Shown one piece after another: positions 51,430-64,000 of a DNA stretch of 64,000 nucleotides. This DNA is from Chiloscyllium plagiosum (taxonomy: Eukaryota). The notes beneath the pieces were generated by a model, which searched no databases, had not been told where the DNA came from, and saw only the letters and a list, made by a program, of their open reading frames with translations. The translations under genes were made by a program, and so were the position numbers. Each line of letters begins with the position of its first letter. Position 1 is the first letter of the stretch. The stretch is taken from positions 71,088,797 through 71,152,796 of the forward strand of contig NC_057711.1 in assembly GCF_004010195.1 (NCBI RefSeq). The letters are read 5' to 3'.

Positions 51430-51913
51430 TAACTCTATCTCAGGCTTGCTGCAGTGCTCCAACGAAACTCAGTGCAAGCTGGAAGAACAGCACCTCATTG
51501 GGGAACCTGCAGCCTTCTGAACTCAATCCTGAATTCAACAATTTTAGGGCTTGAGCTTTCCTATAACCTTACCCCACCTCCCCACACACCTGGCCTTGTT
51601 ATCACATAATCTGCTATTACACACAACTCATTATTAGCCACTAAGTCCCCATTAATAACTATTCATACTCCTAGTCAGATCATTATCCACTCTTTTGTCT
51701 GTCCAAATGTTCTTCTTTCTCTTTGGACTCTAACCCCATCTATCATTTACTCCTTACTCCCCCTCCTTTCCCTATCTTCTGGATATAAACTGACATTTTC
51801 CAAGCTACCATCAGTTTTGAGGAAAGGTCACTCGACCCAAATGTTAACTCTGATTTCTCTCCACAGATGCTGCCAGACCTCTGAGATGTTCCAGTAATTT
51901 CTGTTCTTGTTTC
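51430..51913 (+). mobile_element. Penelope-like element, 5'-truncated (endonuclease C-terminus + 3' UTR + degenerate hammerhead)
   Basis: SISGLLQCSNETQCKLEEQHLI..LQPSELNPEFNNFRA*; atcagttttgaggaaaggtcactcgacccaaatgttaactctgat at ~51810-51854. Confidence 0.8.
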
Positions 51914-53559
51914 TTTCTCCCTTTTTGGTTATTGTCTCCACACATGGATTCTATATCCTACCCCGTTCATAGATAATTTCTTATTATCATTCTTATTCCA
52001 CCTTGTACAAGTAATACTATCACCCATCCTTTCCTTCCTGTTTGACTTTTTAAAATTTATAAACCTAGTTCTGAGCTTTGATCTCCTTGTAACCATGTCT
52101 TGCTATAATATCATGCCCATTAACCTGCTTTTGAGCGATTTGCTGTCTATTTTGCTGTCTTAATCCTATTTTTGCTTCCTACTCTTAATTTCATTTCCTG
52201 TACCTGATTTGATATCCTATTAACTGACACTCCCTGACTCAGACTCTGCATTGCTCATACTTTGGTTAGTTAAGGAAATATACAATCATTCATCCTGTAC
52301 ACACATTCCTGGATCCCCTGAGGTTGCTGCATGGAAATCGCTTTCTAATTTCAGCAAGCTCCAGTGCAAAAAGCCCTTTGCAAAATCTGTAGGTAAGTAT
52401 AAATTTAATGCACAATTCATGGCATTCATTTTCTGCTCATCACAAAATCCAGGCCTTTGAATTGATATATTTGAACCAAGCTGAACTTTGTCTGAGTTCC
52501 TCCCAATCCAATCTTTAATGCTTACTTCTCTCTAGCAGTCCCCTCCAAACAGCCCCCTCTAGAATTCCTACCTTGTTCACTATTCTCCCTCTTACCAGTC
52601 TCCAAGCCCATTTCATCCAATTAATTTATGACACAATTTTTGTCCTTTTCAAACCCAAAGCTGGATTTTATTCTGCGTCTTATTTAGAATGCCGCTGAGA
52701 GTTCTGAGCAACAATATAAGAGTTGACAAACCTTCAGCACTTTCAGCAAATAATTATAGGTGGATTATTTTGAGCTTCATTCGTAACCACTTAGAAAATT
52801 AGTAATTGCTCTTACAATACTTGACAAAGACCTCTCCTACCAGAACCTCAAATCTCAGCCCTGGAAAATAGGGAAGGACTGTGATTGCTCAGTTAATGAA
52901 ATGCTCATAGATTCTGTTGCAACTTATTATTAGTGAATGTGGAGAGAACAGGAGATGTTGAGTGCAATGCTAATGAAATAAAGCTGGCTAGCATTCTGCA
53001 TATTTTAACTTTGCTATCATCGCTATTTATCTGTGTAAGTCATACGCTTTTGCAGAAACATCGTCTCCAATTTTTATCACAGAGACTGGCATTCATTTCG
53101 AAATGCACGAACAAAAAGATTTTATGCAAAAGAAACCCCTCCAACATTTTTGGCATATATTTAACACTAACTAACACGAATAAATGAGAATTTGTTGTAG
53201 TGCAATTTTGGAGCTATCAGAACTTGCTGCTTTGCTGAAAGCACTATTTGTTTGTTTCTTTTAAAAATCAAATGTATCAAAAGTCACACCCAAAATAGGA
53301 GGTTTAGTGGATAGCGAAGAAGGATGCCTCAAAGGACAATGGGATCTTGATCAGATTGGCGAATGGGCCGAGAATTTTCCACTCCCTGAAGCTGTAAGAG
53401 TAATAATGTGCATGATTTATTAATTATGTAAGAATCCAAAAGTCAGAATTTAGTCATCAAGATAACCTTGCACGATGAAGTCCTTCATTTTTAGATGGTG
53501 CAAAGGATTTCTTGTCATCAACATGGATCATTCCCCTGGACCGCAAGCAATTGTTTTAA

Positions 53560-55055
53560 TCTTTTAAATTCCAACATGTATTTTTCAAAAGAGGACTGAT
53601 ATAGCCAAAATGACACAGAGTGTATATCCAGTGACATGTGGGATATGGCTGGTCACATCCTGCCAATTTGATTCCCCACCCATTATCCCAACTGTCTGTC
53701 GCCTGTCACTTAACCAATTTCCCAGTCATATCCATAAGTTTTCCTCAATTTTGTGGCTTCTACCTTAGTTCACAATCCGTTATGTGACTTGTGGAAATCC
53801 ATATACAGAGGAACCTCGATTATCTGAATGAGTCAGGCGGGCAGTATTTCATTCAGATAGTTGATTATTCGGATAGTCAATTCGACCTTAAACAAGGGAA
53901 GCCATTCTGATCTAATGCTGCGCTCTACCGGAGAGTTTGTTTAAATATATAATTTTTATGAGTCTGCTATTTAAACAAACTAATCTTTGCATTCTGCAAA
54001 TTGCAGGTTAAACTGAGAAGGACTAAACCCTTACCATCACATAAATCTATGAAATCCCAGCATTAAGCAAGACCCTGAACAGCTTCTACAATCAGAAGAG
54101 CATTTGTCAGTTTCTGCTGTACTCAATGTCACGCGCATATGTTACTTCCTCTGCCATTTTTTTTCATGAACGGCCCAGTAAAGTGACAGGAATAAAGCAC
54201 TTACTTTTGCAAAGGGCAGTGTAACTAACCAGTTGCAGTTGCTTGAGGTGCTTGTGTTTCTTTGTTTTTGCCATCGTTTTCACATGTTCTTTAGTACAGG
54301 TAATCTGAATACACTTATCTTTTTGATGTAATGTTTTATGGGACCTTGTTTTCTTATTCAGATAATCCAGAATTCAGATAATTGATATTCTGATAATCGA
54401 GGTTCTTCTGTAAATAGGATGCATAGACATTCCATTGTCCACTACTTTAGTCACCTCTTCAAAATACTTAATGAGATTTACCAGACGTGACCTACCTACC
54501 ATGAATCCCTGCTGACCCTCCCAAGGTGTCAAGGTGTTCTGTAACTCCATCTTGATTACGGTCTCCAACAATTTCCCCACCACAGATGTTAGGCTAACTG
54601 TTCTGTTATTCCCTGCTTTTCCCCTTCTGACTACTTAAAATTGGAGTGACAATCCGGAGGAACAACTCCTCTATTTAGGGATCTCTGAAAGATTATTGTT
54701 CATGCCTCTAAAATGTGCTCCCCCAAATCCTTTACAGCCTCAGATGGACATTGTCAGGTGATTTGTCACTCTTTAATGCCATTAAGTTCTTCAGTGTTTT
54801 ATTTACATTAATTTTATTCAGTTGCTGTCCCTGACCCACTATTAATTCCTTGGAACTTCCAGCAAGCTATCTTCCTTTTCTACTGTAAATACTGAGGCAA
54901 AGTAATTATTCAACATGTCTGTCCATTTCTCCAGTGTCATTGACAATATTCCCACGTTCGGTCTTTAATGGGCCAACATTGCTCCTGAACACCCTTTTCC
55001 CTTTATGTATCAAAATAGTTTCTTCTCCTTGATTTTGATGTCCCTTGCAAGGTCA
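53560..55055 (-). mobile_element. Old CR1 RT fragment interrupted by a MITE
   Basis: VGKLLETVIK..QQGF.., GMSMHPIY|MDFHK joined across the MITE. Confidence 0.75.
53806..54410. mobile_element. Tc1/mariner Tigger/pogo-like MITE
   Basis: TIRs cagaggaacctcgattatc / gataatcgaggttcttctg; TA on both sides (53804-53805, 54411-54412). Confidence 0.85.
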
Positions 55056-55108
55056 ATACTACCAATTATATACACTTTAATATCTGTAACATTCAACTAA
55101 TAACACTT

Positions 55109-55407
55109 CATAGAATCCAGACGGTGTATAAGGAGGCCATTCGGCCTATCAAGTCCAGACCGAACTGAAGAGCAGCCCACCCAGACGCTGTCTCCTACCA
55201 TATCCCTGTATTTCCCATTGCTAAAACATCTAATGGATCCCTGGATACTGTGGGCAATTTAGCATAGCTAATCTAACTAACCTGCAAACCTTTGGACAGT
55301 GGGAGGAAACCCACGCAGACGCAGAGAGAATATGCAAACTCGAAACAGACCGTCACCCGAGGTGGGAATCAAACCCAGGTCTGTGGTGCTGACCATTGAG
55401 CCATACC
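55109..55407 (-). mobile_element. HE1-like SINE
   Basis: gggcaatttagcat.., aacctgcaaacctttggac.gtgggaggaaacc, accattgagcca. Confidence 0.8.
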
Positions 55408-55419
55408 GTTCATGAATGA

Positions 55420-55760
55420 ATAAGTGACCAATCCGTGTATCTTTTGATTTGTATCTTCGTTTGTATTTACTTCCCATTTCTAATCTGCATGTAGGTATGT
55501 TGTGTTATTATTTCTCTTTGTGTTTAGTTCCTAATCAACCTATTCTTTGTTAATTCAAGAAATCCTGGTTGTTTGAAAGAAAGATATCCACCAGGGAGGG
55601 TATCCTTTGAAATTAACCTTGTTGTGACTGACTAAGGGGGCAGGTGAATAAAGAAAGGGAGCCAGTCCATCTCTCCTTGCCCTGGGAGTTTAATAATATG
55701 GGGTATCCCATCTGGATCTAATAACTAAAACTCGGCCCATCTAATAACTTGGTGAATCTT
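55420..55760 (+). repeat. Probable LTR 3'-portion remnant (similar to 25540-25740)
   Basis: Shared blocks gggtatcctttgaaattaa, ggggcaggtgaataa and cagtccatctctcct with 25620-25700. Confidence 0.35.
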
Positions 55761-56434
55761 ACCCGAATCTAGTTGTAAAAGTGGTAAGAAGCCTTTATTC
55801 ATTTGCTTGTGTCTAATTAATTACACAAATTCACTGAAATCAGCTCCTCCTTAACTGCCCGGTTCAGCTGCTAGATGCTTCCGAAATGTATCATTGCCTG
55901 GTGTATCTGTTGGTTTTCCTATTTGGCCTGCAGTCAAAACACACTACTGAATGGTCCTTGTTTTGACATTCACTTTAATCTCTACAACTGTACTACTCAT
56001 CTCCATGGAGAATAAAGCAAGATGTGTGCCTGGACCATCGCTCTACTTAACTGTCATGGCACAAGCTATATCGTCACATTTTAGTGGACAGAGTCAGGCA
56101 AAATCAGATTGGCATTTTAGTGCAGAAGGCTAAACATACAGCTTGTGGCTGAGAGGATTAATTTCATAGAGAAGCAAGATAAAGATGGAGATCTTGATGG
56201 TCAAGTCAAAGGGCTCAACCAAACCAAGGTTAGGGTCAAATGTCTTTGGGGAAACAGGATTGCACCATTGTAGGGATGGTGAAGGATGGAGGGGAATAAA
56301 GATGGAGCCCATAACTCACTGCAGTGAATGCAGTGATCTGAAAATCAACTGCACAGCAAGATTTGATTCCTTACTGCAGCATGCAAAGTGGAAGGAGTAG
56401 TATCAATTTTTTTGATAGGCAGTGGATTTCGTAC

Positions 56435-56850
56435 AATGAATGAATTAGCTTTATTGTCACATGTATTCACATGTGTACAGTGAAAGGTTTACAAGTTGCC
56501 ACTTTGAACGCCACCTTAGAGACAAAGGTACCTAAGTATACATCCTTGAGTACAAATTCTTAGGGAAAAAAATAGAAAAATAAAGAAATAAAAAATCCAA
56601 CATTATAGACCTTTAAAAGTACAAAATTGCAGTAATATTTTATAAAAAAAGAAATAAAATGTTCAGAATAACGGTCCTTCTACAATATTATAAATTTTAA
56701 TAATGTAAAAAGGGAGAAATGAGTCCATTTCACAGCTCTGTGCTCGAGGGCCCCCAATCTCTTCTGTTAGAAGCCGCTGAGAAGGAGTCCCAGGTCGTCA
56801 TTGAGAATCCCAGGCCTGGGCCAATCTCATGATCAAAGCCACTTAACAGG
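56435..56850 (-). mobile_element. Second copy of the (ATTC/ATTCA)-tailed retroposon
   Basis: tttattgtcac..tacagtgaaa..tttacaagt.gccact..aaggtacctaagta is the reverse complement of 31950-32040. Confidence 0.55.
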
Positions 56851-58139
56851 ATGTAGATGCAATACCTTCCATTGCAAGACAGTTCACTTATTGCATCCAT
56901 TACAAGTCCCTTTAAAGCTGTTCTTCTTAAAATGGGTGTAATCCATGTGTTTTATGATTGGAATGACAATAAGTGGTCCTGGGTCAATTACTTTCAGGCT
57001 CAGCTGAAATGGAACACCCCACAATCATCCTGTCCCTGCTAGGTGTGCCTTCTATCGATTCCCAAGACTTCAGGTCATTACCAAAGCTGTGTGCATGTAC
57101 CTACAACTGTCTACAAAGTATCACCTTCCCCTTTAATTTCTACAAATGGAAGTGACCATGGCACACCACCTCAAGTGACCTCACCTGCCAGCAAAAGCCC
57201 TTACCTGCCCAAACATCTGCCCAATGGTGCCACACTGAAACCTCTGCCTGGCCCCTGTGAACAGCAATGACTGACCATGCACCTGCACCCTGGAGCAGAG
57301 AGACAAGGTCCCCTACGGCAACACCACCCTAACTGGACCCCTAAACATGGCTGAAGCCCAGACCTCATATGGGAGGCTGCCTTGGACTAACAGTGATGGG
57401 CCTGCCTGATTGATGCCTATTCTGTGGACTTTACTGTGGACTAAGACTTTCAGTTATGCTGCATTACATTCTGTAGATACCATGTGTTTAGTGCAAATGC
57501 TGAAAGCACATGGTGCCAGTGCTAGATTGATATGGAATGCTGACATAAGGCAAGATGTATGCATCCTTGACTGAGAACTATTGGTCAGCAGGGCCACCTG
57601 CCTGGTTGTGCGAAGGGCCCAAATGCCAATGCAAGGTAAGCTAAAGGTGTGCTGATAGGCATCAAGTGATTGCGCATTGTGGGAGCAGAGGAGCAGCCCT
57701 GGTAAACAGCCTGGTCCAAACTGTGAATTGGGTTCTTTTCCCTGTGTGGTACTGTGGTCAAAGCAGCTATACCCTACAGGTTGCTACTGTGCCCTGCTCT
57801 CCATTTTGTCTGTGGGCAAGACAGAGATCTTTTGGCGAATGTGGTGAGTTGAACCCACAAAGAAGCACCCTGGTTTCCATGTTAAGTCTTCCCAATAGTT
57901 AGTTTGTATGGTGAGTGTGGTAATATTGTAAGTGTTGTGAGTTGGGTTGTTAACAGCATTTAACAAGCAATGGTGGGTGTCAATTGTGAACTTCTGCTAG
58001 CAAGTATCTTACCTTGCCACTTGAGAAAAACGTACAAGATGTGGTGGTGACCTCAATGCCGAGATGGGTCTCCTTGAACGTGTTATCCTAATCTACCCAT
58101 CATCTCACCATGACCCTCATTGCTTAGAGACTGGTAAAA

Positions 58140-58700
58140 TTCCACCTTTGATACCCAAAGGGACCCAGGTGCCGTTGTTCATAAGTCACTGAAAGCCAAA
58201 ATACAGATACAGATACAACAAGAAAGATGGAAGACAAATGGTGTTCTAGCTTTTATTGGAAGGGGATTGAAGTTCAAAAACGTTTTGCTTCTACTGTTTG
58301 AAACACTGGTGAGACTACACCAGTTATGTGAGTTCTGGTCCCTTTGTCTAAGCAAGGGCATACTTGCTAGAGAGGGAATCCATTGGCAGTAAACCAGATA
58401 GATTCCTGGGGTGGTGAGACTGGCCTGTGGGGAGAAATTGATGAGACTGGCCCTGAATTCTCTGAGGTTAGAAGAATAAGAACTGGTCTCACTGAAACTT
58501 ACAGAGTTCTTAAAGAAGTAGACATGGTAGAGAGGATACTTCCGTCATCTGGAGGATCAAGAACTAGGGAATCTCAATAAAAACCAAGTAGATTGGGGCT
58601 GAGATGAAGAGGAAGCCCTTCCCCAGAGGGTGTTGAATCTTTGGGAATTATTCACCTCAGAAGGTTGTGGAAGCTCACTCATTAAACAAGTCAAGGTACT
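58140..58700 (+). mobile_element. Old CR1 RT C-terminal fragment
   Basis: caaagggacc.aggtg.., ctggtgagactacacc..gttctggtc, cagagggtgttgaatcttt. Confidence 0.65.
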
Positions 58701-59335
58701 CCCTCTTTTATTCTGCCTTTGACAGACTCTTCTTCCTTTGAAAAGTCAGAAGCAAAACAATCATTTAGCACTACATGCATAAAAACATTATTTCTGTTCA
58801 TAAGCAGCCCCACTAATCCTGTTATTATCCTGTCAGTATTTATTTGCTATAGAAGGTTTTTGGATTCCTTTTAATGCTAGTTTTCATTCTTTTTATTTTT
58901 GCCACTTACTTTCTTTTCATTGCCCCTCTGAACTTTACATATTCAGTTTTGTATTGTCGGCCTGTGTTCTGCCATATGCACCCTTTTTCTTTTCATCCTA
59001 CTCTGTATCTCTTTTGAAATCCAGAGAACTCTAACTAGTCTCTGTACTTGCTCAAACTGCTTAGATCTCTAAATTTAAGCAGTTCTGCCTAACATACTGA
59101 CCTGAAATATTCAGTTTCTCTCTACTGTGCTGCTGAGTATTTTCAGGGTTTTTTTCCTTCTATTTCAGTTACCTACCGCATTTAGCTTTTTTGTTGCAGT
59201 AGACGAAGGAATACATTTTACAGTCTGCTCAGAGCTGTCAGACAGAATCCACCAATTCTTTTTCCTGCAAGGTCTCAAAGGGCATGATGTGGAAACCATT
59301 GCTTAGTGTAGTTGTGGTCAAATGTGTTTTTCTAC

Positions 59336-60910
59336 TGTCATGAATCAATGTTGTAGCACTGGAAAGTGACCCTAACTATTCCCAGAATCATCAAAAGAAG
59401 TTAAAGATTGTAAAATAAGTGTGCAAAATTCTCCAAGTTACCTGATTGTCTCAGTGTGGGTTGATAGAATTGATAGACCAGATTTCTGTATTTAAAAATA
59501 GCTAGTAATTACAAGTACATGTCGTTCTCCTATAATGGACATTTCATCAACGCAATTTGGCTGTAACGCGATTGGTGAATTGGGGAACAATTTTTTTAAA
59601 ACATAAACTCCAATTGGTTATTATGCAATTCCATCCCCAGCACCAAATGTTGCAGTGCACTGAGGACTGGACTCACGTCGACATCAAATGGTGAGTCAGC
59701 TCGTGTGCTTTGGGGTGAAAGGTACAGTGCTGTGCTCAGTCATTTTTGGTCCTTTTTTTTGCAAATCTCACTATGTTTTCCATGAATATGGTAGGACAAA
59801 GTTGCAAGAATGTCGGCAGGAAGCATCCAAGTGAAAAACATTGCGGGTGGTGACTGGAACTGCACCTGATGATGCTGATGATGACCCTCAGCCTCTATCT
59901 TAATCCAGCACTGTCACTCAGCAAACTCTGAAACACCTTCAGGTTACCTTCCAGTTTTTCAGGGTAAGGTGTTAAATTTGTTGGATTATTTCATTTAAGT
60001 ATATGATTTTAACATTTACTCAGACGGGGCTAACTACTATTTTTTTTTTATTTTTACTGACATTTTTGGTAGTCCACACCTTAACCCCGTTTTTCCCATT
60101 GGCCCTGTTATTTATATTGTATGATCTTTAGTAATGCGGGGTTGCACAAGAACACAACTATCGCGTTATAGAAGAACAGACATAGGGCCACAGGTACCCA
60201 GTTATAAACTGTTGGCATATAACACTTCTAATAAAACCCTACACTCACATACATATACACCCAGACATAGACATAGACAGGAAGAAACATATGGATGAAA
60301 AACTATGAAAGCAGTTCAGTAATCTTTCTTCATTAGATCTATTGAGTTGGATCTTGCTGGTCAGAAATTTTCTAGATTCTTCTGCTGATTTGTAAACTGC
60401 AGAGTGGCTGGTTGACTTATAAAAATCTTGTGACTTATAAAAATCTTATCAATTAATGGTCACAGTTTGCAGCAATTGCTGAAAGAAATATAAACTGGTT
60501 TGCTTTCTGATTAAAGTGGCTTGTTGCAGAGAGCAGAAATGACTCCTGAGTTGATGGAGATCTGATCACTGATCTCTGTATCTTGTTCCCAGCCGAAGAA
60601 ATTTAGTTACATGAAAGCCAAACACATGATTAATGCCAGGCAAGAGGCCTTTGCTGTCAATAGCTGGTCACTAGTCCCGAAACTAATCAATGACTTGTCC
60701 CCAACCAAAGCATCATCTGTATACAATCCCTTGGGTCCAGTTCTATTACAAATACTGATCCAGCCCAGAGCTATACAATCTCCACTATGAGTATCAAGTC
60801 ACTTGCTTTTAGATCAAAAGTTATCCTTGGCTTGTAAAACAGTTCTTTCTTGTTTCAGTGCACAATATTAAAATGCACAAAATATAACAACATGGTTTTC
60901 AATGATGGAC
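59336..60910. repeat. Probable old solo LTR interrupted by a Tigger-like element
   Basis: Starts tgtcatga; LTR-like non-coding composition on both sides of the DNA transposon; right end uncertain. Confidence 0.3.
59518..60184. mobile_element. Tigger/pogo-like DNA transposon deletion derivative
   Basis: TIRs catgtcgttctcctataa / ttatagaagaacagacat, preceded by TA; acidic gatgatgctgatgatgac remnant inside. Confidence 0.65.
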
Positions 60911-61404
60911 AGGTGGTGTGTCAAAGTCAAATTGAACGATTTGTTCTAAAGTAGTGTGGCCAGATCCATTCTGTGCACCACCCCAGACAAATAGAAAATC
61001 AGCAAGCAGTGAACTTTGCACATATGTATTGAGGATCAATAAACAGATTGGTGTAGCTTCACAGAAAGGTGGGCTTCAGGAAGACAGCTATGTTGGATTT
61101 CATTTCTGTATTTTATCTGGAGATTTGTGCATCACATTGATGCAGACACTGTCCATTTTTAATCTCCAAATAAAATGGAATATGGATTAGTTGACCACCA
61201 CAAAATAGGGGTGCTGTGTTGCCTAGTCCTGTGCCATATATAACAACACTGAGAGTGCCTCTCACCTGACTATCAAGTTCATATCTGCAATGGAGAGGCT
61301 GCTTTCTTCCCATGTGCCTATTTTGTTTTTCACTTTGACTGTAGGATCTTTCCAGGTTTTTGGTGTGCATTGCTATATTTCCATTGGTACCACAGAAAGT
61401 GATA

Positions 61405-61890
61405 AAGGGGGTGCAATTACAACATTTAAAAGACATTTGGACAGATACATGATGAGGAAATGTTTGGAGGGATATAGACAAAAAAAAGACAAATGGGACT
61501 AGTTCAGTTTAAGATATCTGATTGGCTTGGAAGAGTTAGACTGAAGGGTCTGTATTCATGCTGTATGACTCAAAGTCTTTCCCTGGGGTGGGGAGTCCAA
61601 AACTAGAGGGCATAGGTTTAGGGTGAGAGGGGAAGAATTTAAAAGGGACTTAAGGGGCAATTTTTCATGCAAAGGGTGGTACATGTATGGAATTAGCTGC
61701 CAGAGGAAGTAGTGGAGACTGGTAAGATTTCAACATTTAAAAGGCAATTAGATGGGTATGTGAATAAGAAGGGCTTAGAGGGATATGGGCCAAGTGCTAG
61801 CAAATGGGATTAGATTAGGTTAGGATATCTGGTTGGCATGGAGGAGTTGGACTGGAGCATTTGTTTCCATGCTGTATGACTCACTGACTC
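61405..61890 (+). mobile_element. Two head-to-tail CR1 3' ends
   Basis: Copy 1 at 61405-61571 and copy 2 at 61572-61890 each end in catgctgtatgactc. Confidence 0.85.
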
Positions 61891-63019
61891 CATATTCTCT
61901 GAACCTTCAGGTTTTTTGACTTGATGGTTGAAGGAAAAAAAGCCCAGTCAGCTCAATTTCCAAAGACCATGGCCTCACTCTGGCTCAATCTTCTGTCTTT
62001 TGCTGCCTCCGCCCGAATCACTGCAATTTTCACTGAATCTTTGCTTTACTAGCCTTCTCTCTTTGAAGGTGCTCCTGTGTATGCACTTCTTTCACCAACA
62101 TTTTATTTGTCTCTCTTAATCTCTTCTTGGGATTAGATTTTATTTGCTGTGAAGCACTTTGTGCCATTTTCCCACTTTAATAATAATGTATAAGTACATG
62201 TTGCTGTCTAATGTTTGGCAATGGCTCGTGGAGAGGTACAATTGACCAACCAACCACTCCATGTGAATGAAGAGTAATGAATGATCTAGCATACTTTTGC
62301 AGCATGTGCACCAGTAAGTAGGATGTGCACTCCACATTGCTGGTTGGAGTCATGAGCTGAAGATTTTGGAACAGTGCATGACAATCCATTTAACATGATT
62401 CAAATTGTTGGTCATCTTGCTCTAAAGAAATGCAATTAAGTGGCTGGAAATGTCGCATGCACATGAAATGTAATGGAAACTCTGTTTATTTATAGAAATA
62501 AGACAACTTTTTTTTATTTTTCAGATGAATTAACATCCCACTATGGTAATATAGTTATGTGATTTTGAAATAAGACAAATCCTGAACAACGTTTGGATCA
62601 ATCCTGTCTTTCTTCTTTATTATAATTGTTTCGCAGGTCATGTTACTTTCGCTTACTCCTTTTAAAGCGAAATGTCTTTTGTAGTTTTAGGCAAGTTGGA
62701 AACATAGACAATATTTAAATACCACACTGGAGAACTTGTCAGCAAAACAAGTGAAGAGAGCTCATAAACTGTACTAAAACAGACAACCTTGGATCACAGA
62801 CTCACGTTGGAGAATAAAATCACTAGCAAAAACATAAACTTTTCTGAATTGCTTCATAAAATTAGCATGATTTAAGTCATCTCAGCTTTAATATGGAACA
62901 GCTGAAGCATTAAGTGCTGTGTAATTATCCATTAATGACTTTTAACCTGTTGATATCTTCAAAGTAAGTACAACACCCAATGTTCAACTATTTTTAAAAT
63001 GTCAAAGATTATAACAGCA

Positions 63020-63872
63020 GTAGGTTGCAATAAAGAAATAAGACAATGGATATGGAAAAGCTAGTGAATGGGCCAAGATTTGGCAGATGGTGTTTAACGT
63101 GGCTAAGCGTGAAATTATCCGTTTTGGTCAGAAGATTAGAAAGGCAAGTCAATATCTAAATGGAGAGAAACTTCAAATTCTTCGGTTCAGAAGGATCTGA
63201 GTGTCCTCATGCATGAATTGCATAAAATTAGTCTACAGGTGTAACAACTAATTAGGAAGGCAAATGAAATTTTGGCATTTATTGCTAAAGGATTGGAGTA
63301 TAAAGTTAGGGAACTGTACAACACATTAGTGAGACTACATTTGGAGCTCTGCATACAATTTTGGTGTCCTTATTTGAAGAAGGATTTATTTGTATTGGTG
63401 CAGTCCAGAGGAGGTTCACTAGATTCATTCCAGAGATGATGGGTTTGTCTTATGAAAAAAGATTGAGCAGTTTAAGCTGATGCACTCTGGAGTTTAGAAA
63501 AATGAAAGGAGATCAAATTGAAGTATATACAATGCTAAAAGGGATTGACAAAGTAGATGTAGAAAAGATTTTTCCTTATATGGGGCAAACTGGAATGAGA
63601 GGTCATGGTTTTAGGATAAGTGGTAGCAGAGATGAGGAGAAATTGCTTCTCATGAAGAAAGTGAATCTGTGGAATTGACCACCCCAGAGTATGATGGACG
63701 GTAGGACATTGAGTAAATTGAAGGAGGAGATAGACAGATTTGTAATTAATAATGTGTTAAAAGGGTTATAGGGAGCAGGCAGGAGAGTTTGAGATGAGAT
63801 CAGGCATGATTCTATTAAATGGCAGAGCTGGCTTGATGAACTGAATTGTCTAATCCTGCTTCTTATTCATTT
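63020..63872 (+). mobile_element. Old CR1 3' fragment
   Basis: WAKIWQMVFN, LVRLHLE, gtccagaggaggttcact, and the 3' UTR. Confidence 0.8.
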
Positions 63873-64000
63873 GTAACTCTTTTTTGTGGATTTACAAAGA
63901 ATTCCTTATTTATATTACAGTAAAACTTTTCAGACAAACTTAAATGTGCTCTTTTTAAATAATGGTCTTTTTTTACACTTGTCAATTGTTTCAGTCATCA

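Larger units (their letters stand above)
48930..52150 (-). mobile_element. Old long CR1 (RT to APE) with nested insertions
   Basis: 3' UTR at 48930, tgtggcacaccact (SGVPQ), KTLVGVVYRPP and VVDPTRDQTVLDL (APE, 51145..51462). Confidence 0.8.

Noticed and set aside
52355..52392. Possible 38-nt exon (tttcag|...gtag|gtaagt)
   Set aside because: Good donor but no recognisable peptide and not frame-preserving; no support without RNA-seq.
62030..62389. Minus-strand frame of ~120 codons with one internal stop
   Set aside because: No recognisable domain or consistent splice signals.

Overview
Eukaryotic, transposon-saturated intergenic or intronic DNA. It is almost certainly from a cartilaginous fish (shark), inferred from HE1/V-SINE, Deu-SINE-like, CR1 and Penelope-like repeats. 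No host protein-coding exon could be confidently identified, and nearly all ORFs in the track are TE fragments or noise. Main contents: (1) many nested, 5'-truncated CR1 LINEs, plus one with its 5' end (zinc-finger/coiled-coil + SGNH esterase ORF1, APE) at 1-2017. (2) A full-length decayed Gmr1-type Ty3/Gypsy element at 7176-13934, with LTRs, TTAG TSD, tRNA-Pro-like PBS and integrase upstream of RT. (3) A heavily deleted endogenous retrovirus on the minus strand at 15417-19238, with a tRNA-Ser PBS, tether plus retroviral RNase H, an env splice acceptor and an env signal-peptide/TM remnant; it is possibly lokiretrovirus-like. (4) A second, older Gmr1-type element whose pol lies in a ~5.2 kb inversion (~28713-33945); one breakpoint also splits a Penelope insertion. 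(5) Several Penelope-like 3' remnants and hairpins carrying minimal hammerhead-ribozyme motifs. (6) Solo LTRs, two Tigger/pogo-like elements, templated-insertion scars at LINE 5' junctions, and one 101-N assembly gap. All family assignments come from motif recognition by eye; no database search was run.
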